From: a virus
Taxonomy: Duplodnaviria; Caudoviricetes
DNA length: 64,000 nt
Reading direction: 5' to 3' (one strand)
Virus record (IMG/VR): IMGVR_UViG_3300032216_000903
Span: 1-64,000 of that record
Part shown: positions 17,470-28,528 of the stretch, piece after piece
Position numbering within the stretch: the first letter of the stretch is position 1
Layout of the letters: every line of letters starts with the position of its first letter
Made by a program: the position numbers and the translations under genes
Notes under the pieces: model-generated
Database searches by the model: none
Told to the model about the DNA's origin: nothing
The model's input: only the letters and a program-made list of their open reading frames with translations

Positions 17470-20028
17470 ATGGCTAAACATCTAGACCTTCAGTTCTATA
17501 CTTCCGTTGCTCGTAACATGAACATGCTGCTGGTTCGCGGATATGACCGCGACGGCAAGCGAGTTCAAGAAAAGGTTCGCTTTCGTCCCACGTTTTACCT
17601 CGAAGCCAAGGATAAGACCAAGACGAAGTTCAAGGCGCTCGACGGTACTTCGATCGAGCCTATGCAATTCGACTCGATGTCCGAGTCTCGTAAGTTCGTC
17701 GACACCTACAAGGACGTCCCTTCATTCAAGGTGTACGGCAACGATCGGCACATTCCGGCTTTCATCTACTCGCAGTTTCCCCTCTCCGTTCACTATCAGC
17801 AGTCGATGATTCGCATATGCACTCTCGACATCGAGGTAGGTAAAGAAGCGTGGGGATATTCAGAGGCGTCTGAAGCCAAGAATCCAATCACGGCTATCAC
17901 GGTCAAGAACTCGACGGATAACACATGTCATACGTGGGGCCTGAAGGCATATGATTCTTCCAAGGCCATCACGACTCGCTACTCGATTGACTATCGACAG
18001 TTCAAGACCGAAGGGCAGATGCTCGAGGACTTCCTTCGCTGGTGGATTCATCCGGACAACAATCCCGACATCATCACCGGTTGGAACGTCCGCGCCTTCG
18101 ACGTGCCGTACCTGATCACTCGACTCAGTAAGCTCGGCGGAGAGGAAGCCTCTCGCGTCATGAGTCCTTGGAATCTGATCGAGGCCAAGGAAGTCAAGCT
18201 CAAGGGTCGTCAGCAGCTCCTCTATGAGTTGGTCGGCATTCAGCAGCTCGACTACATGGATCTCTTTCAAAAGTTTGGCTATACGTACGGAGCACAGGAA
18301 CAGTATACGCTGAATCACATCGCCAAGGTCGTCCTCAATGAGAATAAGCTCGAGTATGATGGCACACTCGATGATCTGTATCATGCGGATCATCAGAAGT
18401 TCATCGACTACAACATCAAGGACGTCGAGCTCGTAGATCGTCTGGAAGAGAAGCTCGGTCTGATTCAGCTCGTTCTCATGATGGCTTACATGGGCGGCGT
18501 GAACTACACGGACACGCTCGGCACCACGGCGATCTGGGATTCAATCATCTTTCGTAAGTTGGCCAACAAGAACATCATCGTTCCATTTCAGCCCTCGCCT
18601 CCGTCTCATGTTCCTCAATTTGCCGGCGGCTACGTCAAGGATGTGCAGGAAGGAATGCACGAGTGGGTCCTCTCTTCCGACGTCAACTCGGAGTATCCCA
18701 ATCTCATCGTGCAGTACAACATGTCGCCCGAGACTTACATCGCACACACGAAGATGGAAGTGAATCCGGACCTCATCATCGATCGAGTCCTGAACGATCA
18801 GCCGATCTTCGACGAAGATCCCGAGGTATGTGTGGCCGCCAACGGCGCATGCTTTCGTAAGGACATCAAGGGCATCATTCCGCTGATCGTGGAAGATCTC
18901 TATGAACGCCGCGTGAAGATCAAGAAGGAAGCCGGTACCAACAAGAGGAAGCTCGAGTCTCTGCCCAAGGATTCAGGCGAGCGGCACATGGTCGAGAAGG
19001 TAATCGCCAAGCTCGACACGGAGCAGATGGCCGTGAAGATCCTTCTGAACTCCATGTACGGCGCGATCGGCAACAAGTACTTTCGCTACTTCAACATCGA
19101 GGTCGCCGAAGCCGTGACTCTGTCCGGTCAGACGGCCATTCGCCTCGCTGAAGCTACCGTGAATCGCTACGTGTCGAAGATAGTAGGCATCGAGAAGGAT
19201 CGAGTGTTGGCCGTCGATACCGACTCCGTGTATGTGACTCTGAAGGACGTGATCGATAAGTTCAAGCCAAAAGATCCTATCAAGTTCCTCGACGAGTTCT
19301 ACGAGAAAGGTATCGGCCTAGAACTCGAAGTGGCGTTCAATAAGCTCGCCAAGGCTACAAACGCCTACGTGAATCGCATGATCATGAAGCGTGAGGCCAT
19401 CGCGGATCGTGCCGTCTGGACGGCCAAGAAGCGGTACATTCTTAATGTACTCGATAATGAAGGTGTGACATATGCCGAACCCAAGCTGAAGATGATGGGC
19501 ATCGAGGCAATCAAGTCTTCGACTCCTGCCGTCTGTCGTGGTGAAATGAAGCGCATGTTCAAGATCATCATGACTGGCGACAAGAAGAAGACACAGGATT
19601 CTATCGCCGAGTTTCGTTCTCGCTTCTCGAGTCTGGCGCCGATTGAAGTCGCCTTTCCTCGTGGCGTATCGGATGTAGATGGATGGGAATCTAAATCGAC
19701 TATCTATCAGAAAGGTACACCGATCCATGTTCGTGGCTCACTTCTCTACAATCATTTGATTGCGGCTAAGGGCCTCGAGTCGAAGTACAAGACGATCAAG
19801 TCTGGCGAGAAGATTCGATTCATCTATCTCAAATTGCCAAATGAGATTCAAGAGAACGTGATCTCGTTTCCAGCCGTGACCGATCTACCAAAAGAGTTTG
19901 GCCTACATAATTCTGTCGACTATGACAAGCAGTTCGAGAAGACATTCCTCGAGCCGCTTCAGATCATTCTTAAATCGATTGGATGGACATCGGAAGACTC
20001 TGGCTCACTCGAAGAATTTTTTGGATAA
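17470..20028 (+). CDS. gp43: Family B DNA polymerase gp43
   Basis: Exo motifs [16 protein letters not shown]; polymerase motifs [24 protein letters not shown]. Confidence 0.97.
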   Translation: MAKHLDLQFYTSVARNMNMLLVRGYDRDGKRVQEKVRFRPTFYLEAKDKTKTKFKALDGTSIEPMQFDSMSESRKFVDTYKDVPSFKVYGNDRHIPAFIYSQFPLSVHYQQSMIRICTLDIEVGKEAWGYSEASEAKNPITAITVKNSTDNTCHTWGLKAYDSSKAITTRYSIDYRQFKTEGQMLEDFLRWWIHPDNNPDIITGWNVRAFDVPYLITRLSKLGGEEASRVMSPWNLIEAKEVKLKGRQQLLYELVGIQQLDYMDLFQKFGYTYGAQEQYTLNHIAKVVLNENKLEYDGTLDDLYHADHQKFIDYNIKDVELVDRLEEKLGLIQLVLMMAYMGGVNYTDTLGTTAIWDSIIFRKLANKNIIVPFQPSPPSHVPQFAGGYVKDVQEGMHEWVLSSDVNSEYPNLIVQYNMSPETYIAHTKMEVNPDLIIDRVLNDQPIFDEDPEVCVAANGACFRKDIKGIIPLIVEDLYERRVKIKKEAGTNKRKLESLPKDSGERHMVEKVIAKLDTEQMAVKILLNSMYGAIGNKYFRYFNIEVAEAVTLSGQTAIRLAEATVNRYVSKIVGIEKDRVLAVDTDSVYVTLKDVIDKFKPKDPIKFLDEFYEKGIGLELEVAFNKLAKATNAYVNRMIMKREAIADRAVWTAKKRYILNVLDNEGVTYAEPKLKMMGIEAIKSSTPAVCRGEMKRMFKIIMTGDKKKTQDSIAEFRSRFSSLAPIEVAFPRGVSDVDGWESKSTIYQKGTPIHVRGSLLYNHLIAAKGLESKYKTIKSGEKIRFIYLKLPNEIQENVISFPAVTDLPKEFGLHNSVDYDKQFEKTFLEPLQIILKSIGWTSEDSGSLEEFFG

Positions 20029-20031
20029 ACT

Positions 20032-20253
20032 ATGAAAGCAATACTCGAATTCAATTTGCCAGAAGAAGCTGCGGAACATCGCATGGCTATCGATGGCAGC
20101 GACTGGAAATATGTCGTTACAGAGATGGACGAATATTTCCGCTCACAAATAAAGTATCAAGATTTGTCTGGAGAAATAACCAAGGCTCTTCAGGCTGCTC
20201 GAGATAATCTTCATGAACTCTGTAACGACAACAACTTAAACATACACGAATAA
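20032..20253 (+). CDS. Hypothetical protein
   Basis: Intact ORF tightly packed after gp43. Confidence 0.65.
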   Translation: MKAILEFNLPEEAAEHRMAIDGSDWKYVVTEMDEYFRSQIKYQDLSGEITKALQAARDNLHELCNDNNLNIHE

Positions 20254-20257
20254 AACT

Positions 20258-20671
20258 ATGAGTAAAGGATGGGTAGCAGATATCGCACACATGCACGAAC
20301 ACTACGGCGTGAAAGAAGCAACGTCTAAACTTGATTCGAAGAAGCTCAAGGCATATCTTGATTTTCGATTCAACTTTCTACAGGAAGAGATCAATGAGGG
20401 TAAGCTCGCCGTAGAAGTAGGTAACTCCGAAGAGATTGTCGACGCTCTGATCGATCTCTGTGTCGTCGCCATCGGTACTTTGGATGCATATGGAGTTGAT
20501 GCTAATAAGGCATGGGATCAAGTTTGGTTTGCTAATATGGATAAACAAGTCGGCATCAAAGAGTCTCGGCCAAATCCCTTCGGCCTTCCAGATCTTATTA
20601 AGCCTGAAGGATGGCAGCCTCCATCTCATGAAGGGAATCATGGAATCATTCCAAAGGCGTTTGAAGAATAA
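20258..20671 (+). CDS. MazG-like / PRA-PH-like NTP pyrophosphohydrolase
   Basis: EEINE...EIVDALID...ANMDK...LIKPEGW. Confidence 0.85.
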   Translation: MSKGWVADIAHMHEHYGVKEATSKLDSKKLKAYLDFRFNFLQEEINEGKLAVEVGNSEEIVDALIDLCVVAIGTLDAYGVDANKAWDQVWFANMDKQVGIKESRPNPFGLPDLIKPEGWQPPSHEGNHGIIPKAFEE

Positions 20672-20713
20672 GAGTGTACTTGCTCGGATATCATGTTATG
20701 ATATCTACGTATC

Positions 20714-21664
20714 ATGTTGGCACTGACGATATTCAAATCAATCTTCGATAACAAGACCCATCGCAAGATGGAGTTCTCCTCATTCGAGGAGTTCGAAGAT
20801 CTTCTGTATAAGCTATCGAAAGCTCCAGGTTACAAGCCAAAGAAAGACGAGAAGTTCAATTCGAATGCTTCTCCTTTGATTACTCCGGCCACCTTCAAGG
20901 CTGGAACGACTCGCGCTAATGCCAACGTGGAATGCTGGTCTGGCTGGGCGGCGATCGATGTCGACGACTATCCTACTGGAGGATTCGAAGATGCGATCGC
21001 CGCCTTTCGTGTATATCGTCACGTATGTTATTCATCTGCCTCTTCGAAGAAAGAACATCCTAAGTTTCGAGTAGTTCTTCCTCTCACGTGTCCTGTACCT
21101 GCCGAGAAGATTCGGCACTTCTGGTTTGCACTTAACAAGGAGTTCAAGTTCTTAGCCGATCCACAAACCAAGGATCTCTCGCGCATGTATTATGTGCCGG
21201 CTCAGTATCCGAATGCGCATAACTTCATCTTCTCACATCGAGAATCTCCTGTCTTGAATCCTTCGAGTCTGATGGCAAAGCATCCATACATCGAGAAGGC
21301 TTCTACTGGAATCCTTGATAATCTATCCGAGCGCATGCAAAAGAAGATGGAGGAGTATCAGAAGGGTCGTCTGATGAATGGCCATAAGTATTCTTGGACA
21401 TCATATCGTGATTGTCCGTTCGTTAAGCGTGAGCTCGTAAATCAGTATCGCTCTATCTCTTCGACTGGTTGGTATGGCCTGATGTATAAGATCATGTCAT
21501 CCATCGCCGCCACGGCCATTCGTCGCGGCTATCCGATCACGGCCACGGAGATCGCTCAGCTCTGTAAGGAACTTGATAGGGACACAGGATCGTGGTACAA
21601 GAACCGTGGAATGGAAATCGAAGCCGCTCGCGCCATTTCATTTGCTCTAAAGGGTGCTAAATAA
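20714..21664 (+). CDS. Archaeo-eukaryotic primase (AEP/PrimPol)-like protein
   Basis: AIDVDD (DxD), PKFRVVLPL, DPQTKDLSRMYYVP; TGTAC promoter at 20675. Confidence 0.7.
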   Translation: MLALTIFKSIFDNKTHRKMEFSSFEEFEDLLYKLSKAPGYKPKKDEKFNSNASPLITPATFKAGTTRANANVECWSGWAAIDVDDYPTGGFEDAIAAFRVYRHVCYSSASSKKEHPKFRVVLPLTCPVPAEKIRHFWFALNKEFKFLADPQTKDLSRMYYVPAQYPNAHNFIFSHRESPVLNPSSLMAKHPYIEKASTGILDNLSERMQKKMEEYQKGRLMNGHKYSWTSYRDCPFVKRELVNQYRSISSTGWYGLMYKIMSSIAATAIRRGYPITATEIAQLCKELDRDTGSWYKNRGMEIEAARAISFALKGAK

Positions 21665-21668
21665 TTTT

Positions 21669-22361
21669 ATGAAAGTAGCCGTCATAACGCCATACTATAA
21701 AGAAAGTCCCGAAGTGCTTAAACGATGCATGGATTCTGTAGCCAATCAGACGCATGCTGATATCATTCATGTCATGGTCGCAGATGGATATCCTTCGCGC
21801 TATGTCATCAATCGCGCCGAGGGCAATACTAAGATTATGCATATCGTCATTCCTAACTGCGGAGACTATGGAGATACTCCTCGAGCCATTGGAGCCGCTG
21901 TCATTGCCTGTCGAAAGGAATACGACGCCGTTGCATTCCTCGATGCGGATAACTGGTATGAGCCAGATCATATCGAAGAAGCTCTAAAGCATATGTCGAA
22001 ACCTATTGTTACGACCGGACGGAATCTTCGACGTGTAGATGGATCTTTATTGGCTCCATGTCCTGAATCCGATGGCGTCAACTTCTGTGACACGAATTGC
22101 TACGTCATTCATCGAAATGCATTTGGCGTCATTGGCCGTTGGACTTACAAGGAGAATAAGTACGGTATCGTCGGCGATCGCATGTTCTGGCAGAGCCTTC
22201 CAAAGGAACATGTGGCTCGATCGCCAAAGCATACGGTCAATTACACGACTAAGTTTGCCGTTCACTATTTGCATTTCAAGGAGAAGCCTCCGCTCGATGC
22301 CATCGAATTCAAGAACGGACTCGATGGACTTCCAGTAGCGCATAGATATTATCAGTCTTAA
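21669..22361 (+). CDS. Glycosyltransferase family 2
   Basis: VAVITPYY...SVANQT...VADG...FLDADN. Confidence 0.88.
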   Translation: MKVAVITPYYKESPEVLKRCMDSVANQTHADIIHVMVADGYPSRYVINRAEGNTKIMHIVIPNCGDYGDTPRAIGAAVIACRKEYDAVAFLDADNWYEPDHIEEALKHMSKPIVTTGRNLRRVDGSLLAPCPESDGVNFCDTNCYVIHRNAFGVIGRWTYKENKYGIVGDRMFWQSLPKEHVARSPKHTVNYTTKFAVHYLHFKEKPPLDAIEFKNGLDGLPVAHRYYQS

Positions 22362-22367
22362 TCAATT

Positions 22368-23210
22368 ATGAAAATTACTATACTTGGATCCAGCGGTCAA
22401 GTCGGCGCATATCTTACAAAATATCTACGTGATAAGAGTTATGATGTAACTGAATTTGATATCACAAATGGAAAAGAAGAAGACCTTACGATCATTCCGA
22501 ACAATCATCTGGCAAAAGTAATTTGGGAATCTGACTTCGTATTCTTTTTGGCCTTTGACGTCGGCGGATCTCGCTACCTCAAGAAGTATCAGCACACGTT
22601 TCCGTTCATCAATAACAACGCGCGCATGATGGCCAATGTCTTTGGCCTCCTGCAGGAATATGATAAGAAGTTTATCTTTGCGTCGTCTCAGATGAGCAAC
22701 ATGACTTATTCTCCGTACGGAGTATTGAAGAGCGTCGGCGAACTCTACACGAAGACGATCAATGGACTGATCGTTAAGTTCTGGAATGTGTATGGAATCG
22801 AGAACGACCATGAAAAGTTTCACGTCATCACGGACTTCATTCATAAGGGATTGAAGACCGGCACGATCGACATGCTCACGGACGGTCAGGAGGAGCGAGA
22901 CTTTCTGTATGCGGAAGACTGCTGCGAAGCTCTCGAGGTCATCATGAATAGCTATAGTGAATTTACTTCCGACGACAACCTTCACATCACCAGCTTCAAG
23001 TCTACGAAGATCATCGACATCGCTTCCATCATCGCCGACGAATTCAAGTCCATCGGCAAAGACGTCAGAGTGGTTCCTTCCGAGCAAAAAGACACCGTAC
23101 AGATGGACAAGAGGAATCAACCGGATACATATCTCAGTAAGTGGTGGGTGCCAAAGACGTCGATCAAAGATGGAATCAAGAAGGTGTTTGAAGCCGTAAT
23201 TAAAAACTAA
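22368..23210 (+). CDS. NAD-dependent nucleotide-sugar epimerase/dehydratase
   Basis: GSSGQVG, ASS, YGVLK, NVYG, RDFLYAED. Confidence 0.9.
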   Translation: MKITILGSSGQVGAYLTKYLRDKSYDVTEFDITNGKEEDLTIIPNNHLAKVIWESDFVFFLAFDVGGSRYLKKYQHTFPFINNNARMMANVFGLLQEYDKKFIFASSQMSNMTYSPYGVLKSVGELYTKTINGLIVKFWNVYGIENDHEKFHVITDFIHKGLKTGTIDMLTDGQEERDFLYAEDCCEALEVIMNSYSEFTSDDNLHITSFKSTKIIDIASIIADEFKSIGKDVRVVPSEQKDTVQMDKRNQPDTYLSKWWVPKTSIKDGIKKVFEAVIKN

Positions 23211-23226
23211 AAGAAAGGAATTTGTT

Positions 23227-24069
23227 ATGTTAGCATGCAATCAACTCGGTAACAACGGCCGACTCGGCAATCAGATGTTTCAATATGCAGCGCTGAAGGG
23301 CATCGCGCATCGTCGAGGCTTTGAATACTGTATTCCTCCATTCGATCGTGAGTCTATTGACAACTATGGACTCGGTGAAGCCTTTGACATCAAAGCCAAC
23401 TTTGGCACTCCTAATCTTCAACAGATCGGCGAACCATATTTTCATTACTGTAAAGAACTACACGATCAATGCCCTGACAATGTAAGCCTAGTCGGATACT
23501 ATCAGACGGAGAAGTACTTCAAAGATATCGCGAGTGAGATTCGTAAAGACTTTACATTCAAGAAAGATCTTCTTGATTCTTGTAGAGATACTATGAAGCA
23601 ATTTAATGGAAAGCCAGTTATCTTTCTTCACGTGCGTCGAGGAGATCCTAATCTGGTCGATAGACGTGGATTCAAATGGGCATATGTAAATTGCTCAGAT
23701 CAGCATCCAGTTCAAACGCCTCAGTATTATCAAGAAGCTCTTCTGCAGTTTCCTACAGATTATCCTGTCATGGTATTCTCAGACTCTATCAGTTGGTGCA
23801 AAGAGCAAGAGATCTTTAAGTCTCCTAGATTCTCATTCTCAGAGCCGCTTAGCAAATACTCAGATGGAGCGCTGGTGCCTCACGTCGATCTCTGTCTCAT
23901 GACTCTATGTGATCATGCCATCATCGCAAATAGCAGCATGAGTTGGTGGGGTGCCTGGCTAATTCAGAATCCTAATAAACGAATCGTTGCTCCTAGTCGA
24001 TGGTTTGGCCCTGCATATGCTCATAATAATACGAAGGACATCTACTGCGAAGGATGGAAAGTGATATGA
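23227..24069 (+). CDS. Alpha-1,2-fucosyltransferase-like (GT11)
   Basis: GRLGNQMFQYA, HVRRGD, NSSMSWWGAWL. Confidence 0.9.
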   Translation: MLACNQLGNNGRLGNQMFQYAALKGIAHRRGFEYCIPPFDRESIDNYGLGEAFDIKANFGTPNLQQIGEPYFHYCKELHDQCPDNVSLVGYYQTEKYFKDIASEIRKDFTFKKDLLDSCRDTMKQFNGKPVIFLHVRRGDPNLVDRRGFKWAYVNCSDQHPVQTPQYYQEALLQFPTDYPVMVFSDSISWCKEQEIFKSPRFSFSEPLSKYSDGALVPHVDLCLMTLCDHAIIANSSMSWWGAWLIQNPNKRIVAPSRWFGPAYAHNNTKDIYCEGWKVI

Positions 24070-24911
24070 GTATGAAAATTTTCTCAAACTTCATGCCAAA
24101 GGACCTCTACGAGAGGTGTGCTATTCGTAACGAAGCGTTCATTCTGCCCCCTCGAGTGAGGCCCAGTGTGGCAGATAAGTCGATATCGATATTCAATGAC
24201 TACACTCCAAAGATTGACGAGCTATGGCAGAGTTCACGCAACATCCTGGTCATCTTAGAACCCAATCAACTGTTTGGCCTTCATGATTGGGCGATCTTGA
24301 ATCATAAATTCTTTCATGCGATATTGACGTGGAGCGACGAGATCCTTACGAAGTGTCCGAATTCCGTCTTACTTCCGTTTGGCACGTCTTTCTTATGGGA
24401 GACTCCGGACTTCTATAAAAGCATCACGAGTAAAGATAAGAAGTTCAATGTGTCTTTTCTGTGTGGACAGAAGAATCAGATCGAAGGACAGCAGCTTAGG
24501 CATAAGATCTTGGCGAACGGTCCTCGAGTGACCATCGACAAGCTTTGGCTGTATACGTGTCCTCCAGGAGCGGGTAAGAATCAGTGTTGGCCAAGCATGT
24601 TTCACGTCGCCGTAGAGAATTCAAGGAATAAGAACTACTTCACGGAAAAGGTCATCGACGCGTTCTTGACTAAGACCATTCCGCTGTACTGGGGATGTCC
24701 AAACCTCGGCGATTATTTCAACAAGGATGGGTTCATTGCATTTGAAAATGAAGAAGATCTGATTCAAAAGATAAACTCCTTGACGGAAAAAGACTATCAC
24801 GATCGAGCCGCGGCGATAGAAGAAAACTATCAGAAGGCTTTGTACTACGGAGACTTTTTTTACAGATTCAATGAAACCATCGATAAGCTTGTAGATACTT
24901 GGAAATTATGA
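24066..24911 (+). CDS. Fucosyltransferase-like (GT10)
   Basis: VENSRNKNYFTEKVIDAFLTKTIPLYWG. Confidence 0.82.
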   Translation: MSMKIFSNFMPKDLYERCAIRNEAFILPPRVRPSVADKSISIFNDYTPKIDELWQSSRNILVILEPNQLFGLHDWAILNHKFFHAILTWSDEILTKCPNSVLLPFGTSFLWETPDFYKSITSKDKKFNVSFLCGQKNQIEGQQLRHKILANGPRVTIDKLWLYTCPPGAGKNQCWPSMFHVAVENSRNKNYFTEKVIDAFLTKTIPLYWGCPNLGDYFNKDGFIAFENEEDLIQKINSLTEKDYHDRAAAIEENYQKALYYGDFFYRFNETIDKLVDTWKL

Positions 24912-25609
24912 ATAACAATCCAATGGTTAGCATATGCATACCGACGTATGGCATGAAGGGCCGCGGAGTCGAGTACCTCAATCACTCCATGCAAAAGATC
25001 GCTCGACAGGCATTCAAGGACTTCAACGTTATCATATCCGATCACAGCGAAGACTCTGCGATAGAAGACTACTGCAAGTCGTGGAGCGGCAAGCTTGATA
25101 TTCGCTACGTACGAAATGAAGCGGACAGAGGAAACTCTTCGGCAAATGTAAACAACTGCTTCAAGCACGCAAACGGCCAGATCATAAAGGTATTGTTTCA
25201 AGATGACTTCTTTGTCGACGACTCGAGCTTAGGGACTCAAGTATTTCACTTTGCAAACAACACGAATCACTGGATGGCTACGGCGTGTTGTCATTCTAAA
25301 GACGGCATAAATCTTCATAGCGCGTTCTATCCGATGTATCACGATCGAATTCAGTACGGTCAAAACACGATAAGCTCTCCGAGCGTGCTGATGTTTAAGA
25401 ACAAAGACGTGATCGAGTTTGATAGAAACTTGATCTGGCTCATGGACGTCGATTACTGCAAAAGACTCTATGATGCCTTCGGTCTGCCGAGCATATGCAA
25501 CTACGTCACGGTCGTCAATAGGCAGCACGATAATCAAATTTCAAATACTCTGGCAACGGACGAATTGAGAAAGAAAGAGCTCGAATACGTAATACAAAAA
25601 TACAAATGA
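24908..25609 (+). CDS. Glycosyltransferase family 2
   Basis: VSICIPTY...IISDHS...LFQDD. Confidence 0.85.
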   Translation: MNNNPMVSICIPTYGMKGRGVEYLNHSMQKIARQAFKDFNVIISDHSEDSAIEDYCKSWSGKLDIRYVRNEADRGNSSANVNNCFKHANGQIIKVLFQDDFFVDDSSLGTQVFHFANNTNHWMATACCHSKDGINLHSAFYPMYHDRIQYGQNTISSPSVLMFKNKDVIEFDRNLIWLMDVDYCKRLYDAFGLPSICNYVTVVNRQHDNQISNTLATDELRKKELEYVIQKYK

Positions 25610-26499
25610 TCACGACTGAAATATATAATGGCCAGGGTCTGGGCAATCAGCTTCATTGCTACGTGACGACGAGGGTCGTTGCTCTCGATAAGGGACTGCC
25701 CTTTGGCATCATGAATCTTCATAAGTTCAAGTGCCTCGACTTCATGGATCTCGACTTTGGATTGCCGGTGACTGGAGGATCCGGTCCAGAGGGTGGACCG
25801 CCTACGTCTCTACCAGACGGCATCAAGCACTACTTACGTGAGCGCGACGTGCGATATCCAAATGGCAGCGACATTCGTGTAGACGATCCTAAGTTAGAAG
25901 CGATTGAAGACAATACGAAGATCGACGGATGCTTTCAATCCGAGACTCGAATACTCCATCGCAAGGAAGAGATCAAGCAGTGGCTGAAGGTAAAGCCTGA
26001 AAAAGACTGCTACGAATATGCATCCGACGACATCTGCATCTTGAACTTTAGAGGCGGAGACTATGCCGGTATTCGTGACTTCTTTCTGCATCCAAACTAC
26101 TGGATCAATGCGATCAATAGGATGTATGCAATCAATCCTAAGTTCCGCTTCATCGTCATCACGGACGACGTGCCGTTGGCGTCTAGGTTCTTTCCGATGT
26201 TTGAGGTACATCACTTCAGCATCGCCAAAGACTTCACGATCATCAAGAACGCACACTACTTGATCCTCTCGAATTCGAGCTTTGCTTATTTTCCGACCTT
26301 CATCTCGGAACGAAACAAATATATCTTGGCGCCTAAGTATTGGGGTAGACACAACATCTCTGATGGATACTGGTCGTGTGGCTATAACATCTTCAGAGGA
26401 TACAACTACATCGACAGGGAGAACAAACTGTTCACCTTCGAACAGTGCGACGCGGAGTTCAAAGAATATCAGATTAAAAATAAACACCTATGGGCGTGA
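25606..26499 (+). CDS. GT11-like glycosyltransferase
   Basis: GQGLGNQL, NFRGGDY, ILSNSSF. Confidence 0.8.
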   Translation: MITTEIYNGQGLGNQLHCYVTTRVVALDKGLPFGIMNLHKFKCLDFMDLDFGLPVTGGSGPEGGPPTSLPDGIKHYLRERDVRYPNGSDIRVDDPKLEAIEDNTKIDGCFQSETRILHRKEEIKQWLKVKPEKDCYEYASDDICILNFRGGDYAGIRDFFLHPNYWINAINRMYAINPKFRFIVITDDVPLASRFFPMFEVHHFSIAKDFTIIKNAHYLILSNSSFAYFPTFISERNKYILAPKYWGRHNISDGYWSCGYNIFRGYNYIDRENKLFTFEQCDAEFKEYQIKNKHLWA

Positions 26500-27284
26500 A
26501 ATACGATATCTTTACATTCAATAACGAGCTCGACATGCTTGAGCTTCGTTTGAATCTTCTTAATGATCACGTTGATTACTTCGTCATCGTCGAAGCTACT
26601 GAAAAGTTTAGTGGCGAGCCTAAGCCTCTAAACTACTTCTTGAATAGAGAGAGGTTCAAACAGTTTCATCATAAGATAATTCATCACGTCGTATCGGACA
26701 CTCCGAAGTCATTTGACGACTTAAATTGCAATCAAGCCGTCCTTAAGATGGCGTCTGAGAGTTCGAACGTCACGCGCGAGCATCCGTGCTGGTTAAAGGA
26801 GTTCTATCAAAAAGAATTGATCAAGGATGCTCTAATCCATCTGCAAGACGACGACGTGTGCTACGTGTCCGACGTCGATGAGATCTGGAACTTCAATGAT
26901 CGATTTGAAATTGATAACGACCCGATCTATAAGTTTAACATCGAACTCTGCTATATCGAATATCTAAACGTTCGTACAAATGAAAATTGGACTTACTTTA
27001 CCGGTCCTATCGTCACTCGATATCGCAATATCAAGAACGCTTGTCTGAATCACCTTAGGACATATGGTAAGATGAAAGAAGTATATCAGTATCGACCAGA
27101 CGGCGGATGGCACTTCAATGCGCTCGGTGGAGTCATCAAGAAAGTTCAAGACTTCAGTCATCCATACTATTCTTTGAATCATATGGCATCTAGAAGGAAT
27201 GGATTGGCGCTTGAAGAATCTAAGCTGCCTCAATATATTATAGATAATAAGGAAAAATACAAACACTTATTCATTACATCATGA
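26490..27284 (+). CDS. GT17-like (beta-1,4-GlcNAc transferase-like) glycosyltransferase
   Basis: FNNELDMLELRL...VDYFVIVEA...SDVDEI...GGWHF. Confidence 0.85.
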   Translation: MGVKYDIFTFNNELDMLELRLNLLNDHVDYFVIVEATEKFSGEPKPLNYFLNRERFKQFHHKIIHHVVSDTPKSFDDLNCNQAVLKMASESSNVTREHPCWLKEFYQKELIKDALIHLQDDDVCYVSDVDEIWNFNDRFEIDNDPIYKFNIELCYIEYLNVRTNENWTYFTGPIVTRYRNIKNACLNHLRTYGKMKEVYQYRPDGGWHFNALGGVIKKVQDFSHPYYSLNHMASRRNGLALEESKLPQYIIDNKEKYKHLFITS

Positions 27285-27889
27285 CCAGAACACAGATCAT
27301 CAATGGACTTATAGCAAAAAATAACTATAAGAGCTACCTCGAAATCGGTATCAATGAACCGAGTCCGGATACTCGTCAATGGAATTGGACTGACGTGCAG
27401 ATCGAAACTAAACACGGCGTCGATCCGAACGTAGACACGACGTATAGGATGACGTCAGATGAGTTCTTTGCCAAACCCGTCCCACAGAAATACGACATCA
27501 TCTTCGTCGACGGCCTTCACCTCTTCGAGCAGGTACATCGTGACATCCTCAATTCGTTGAACAATCTAAATGAGAACGGCACGATCGTCGTACATGACTG
27601 CAATCCGATTCATGAGATAACTCAGCGTCGCGAGAGGGTCTCGGCGGCATGGCACGGCGACGTGTGGAAGGCGATCTTAAAGCTCAGGATCGAAGAGCCC
27701 TCGATCTCTATCGACACGGTAGATACGGACGAAGGATGCGGCATCATTCGAAGGGGTAAGCAAGAACTGTTGAATCCAGCTGAAATTGCTTCAAGCTTTG
27801 ACATATATGACTTTTCATACCTCGAAAAGCATAGGCAGAAGTTTTTGAATCTGATCAGCGTCGATCAGTTCGTTAAAAAATACCTATGA
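27281..27889 (+). CDS. Class I SAM-dependent methyltransferase
   Basis: YLEIG, GVDP, DIIFVDGLH, IVVHD. Confidence 0.85.
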   Translation: MTRTQIINGLIAKNNYKSYLEIGINEPSPDTRQWNWTDVQIETKHGVDPNVDTTYRMTSDEFFAKPVPQKYDIIFVDGLHLFEQVHRDILNSLNNLNENGTIVVHDCNPIHEITQRRERVSAAWHGDVWKAILKLRIEEPSISIDTVDTDEGCGIIRRGKQELLNPAEIASSFDIYDFSYLEKHRQKFLNLISVDQFVKKYL

Positions 27890-28527
27890 ATAAACCAAAA
27901 GCTTTCATAGTCGTATCGAGGTATAAAGAAGACGTCAATTGGATCAAGGAGTTGACGGATGACTACGTGATCTATAATAAGGGAGAACCCCTGGGCGAAG
28001 GCTTCAATGAACGGATGCTTCCAAACTTTGGCGGCAATCAATACGACATCTTCAAGTTCATACACGACAACTATGAAAATTTACCTGACTTAATTGCTTT
28101 TGTTCAAGGAAATCCATTCGATCATTGCCTAAAAGAAAGGTTCGATAAGCTCATTCATAATACATATTTCACTCGACTGTTTGGTGATAAAAATTATTTG
28201 AATGGTGTGTATTCAGAAGAAAACAATAGCTGGTACATCAATGGAGGAGCACATAATACCGGTAAGCCTCCAAGCAAGTTTTCTTCATTTGGCGAATATG
28301 CCAATCACATATTTGAAGACTACACTCACGTGAACGTGCTAGATTTTCCTCCGGGATCTCAGCTGATAGTCGAAAAGCAGAGGTGCTTGTTCTACAGTAA
28401 AGCATTCTGGAAGAAGTTGATGGACGTCATTCCGAATCAGATCGGACTGAACGGCGGCAGGGAAGCACACATAGTCGAGAGGTCGATGCAGATTATTTTT
28501 GAGAATAGATATAAAGAGCGAATTTAA
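27886..28527 (+). CDS. DUF3431-like glycan-associated protein
   Basis: IVVSRYKEDVNW...IYNKG...FVQGNPFDH...HIVER. Confidence 0.7.
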   Translation: MNKPKAFIVVSRYKEDVNWIKELTDDYVIYNKGEPLGEGFNERMLPNFGGNQYDIFKFIHDNYENLPDLIAFVQGNPFDHCLKERFDKLIHNTYFTRLFGDKNYLNGVYSEENNSWYINGGAHNTGKPPSKFSSFGEYANHIFEDYTHVNVLDFPPGSQLIVEKQRCLFYSKAFWKKLMDVIPNQIGLNGGREAHIVERSMQIIFENRYKERI

Positions 28528-28528
28528 T

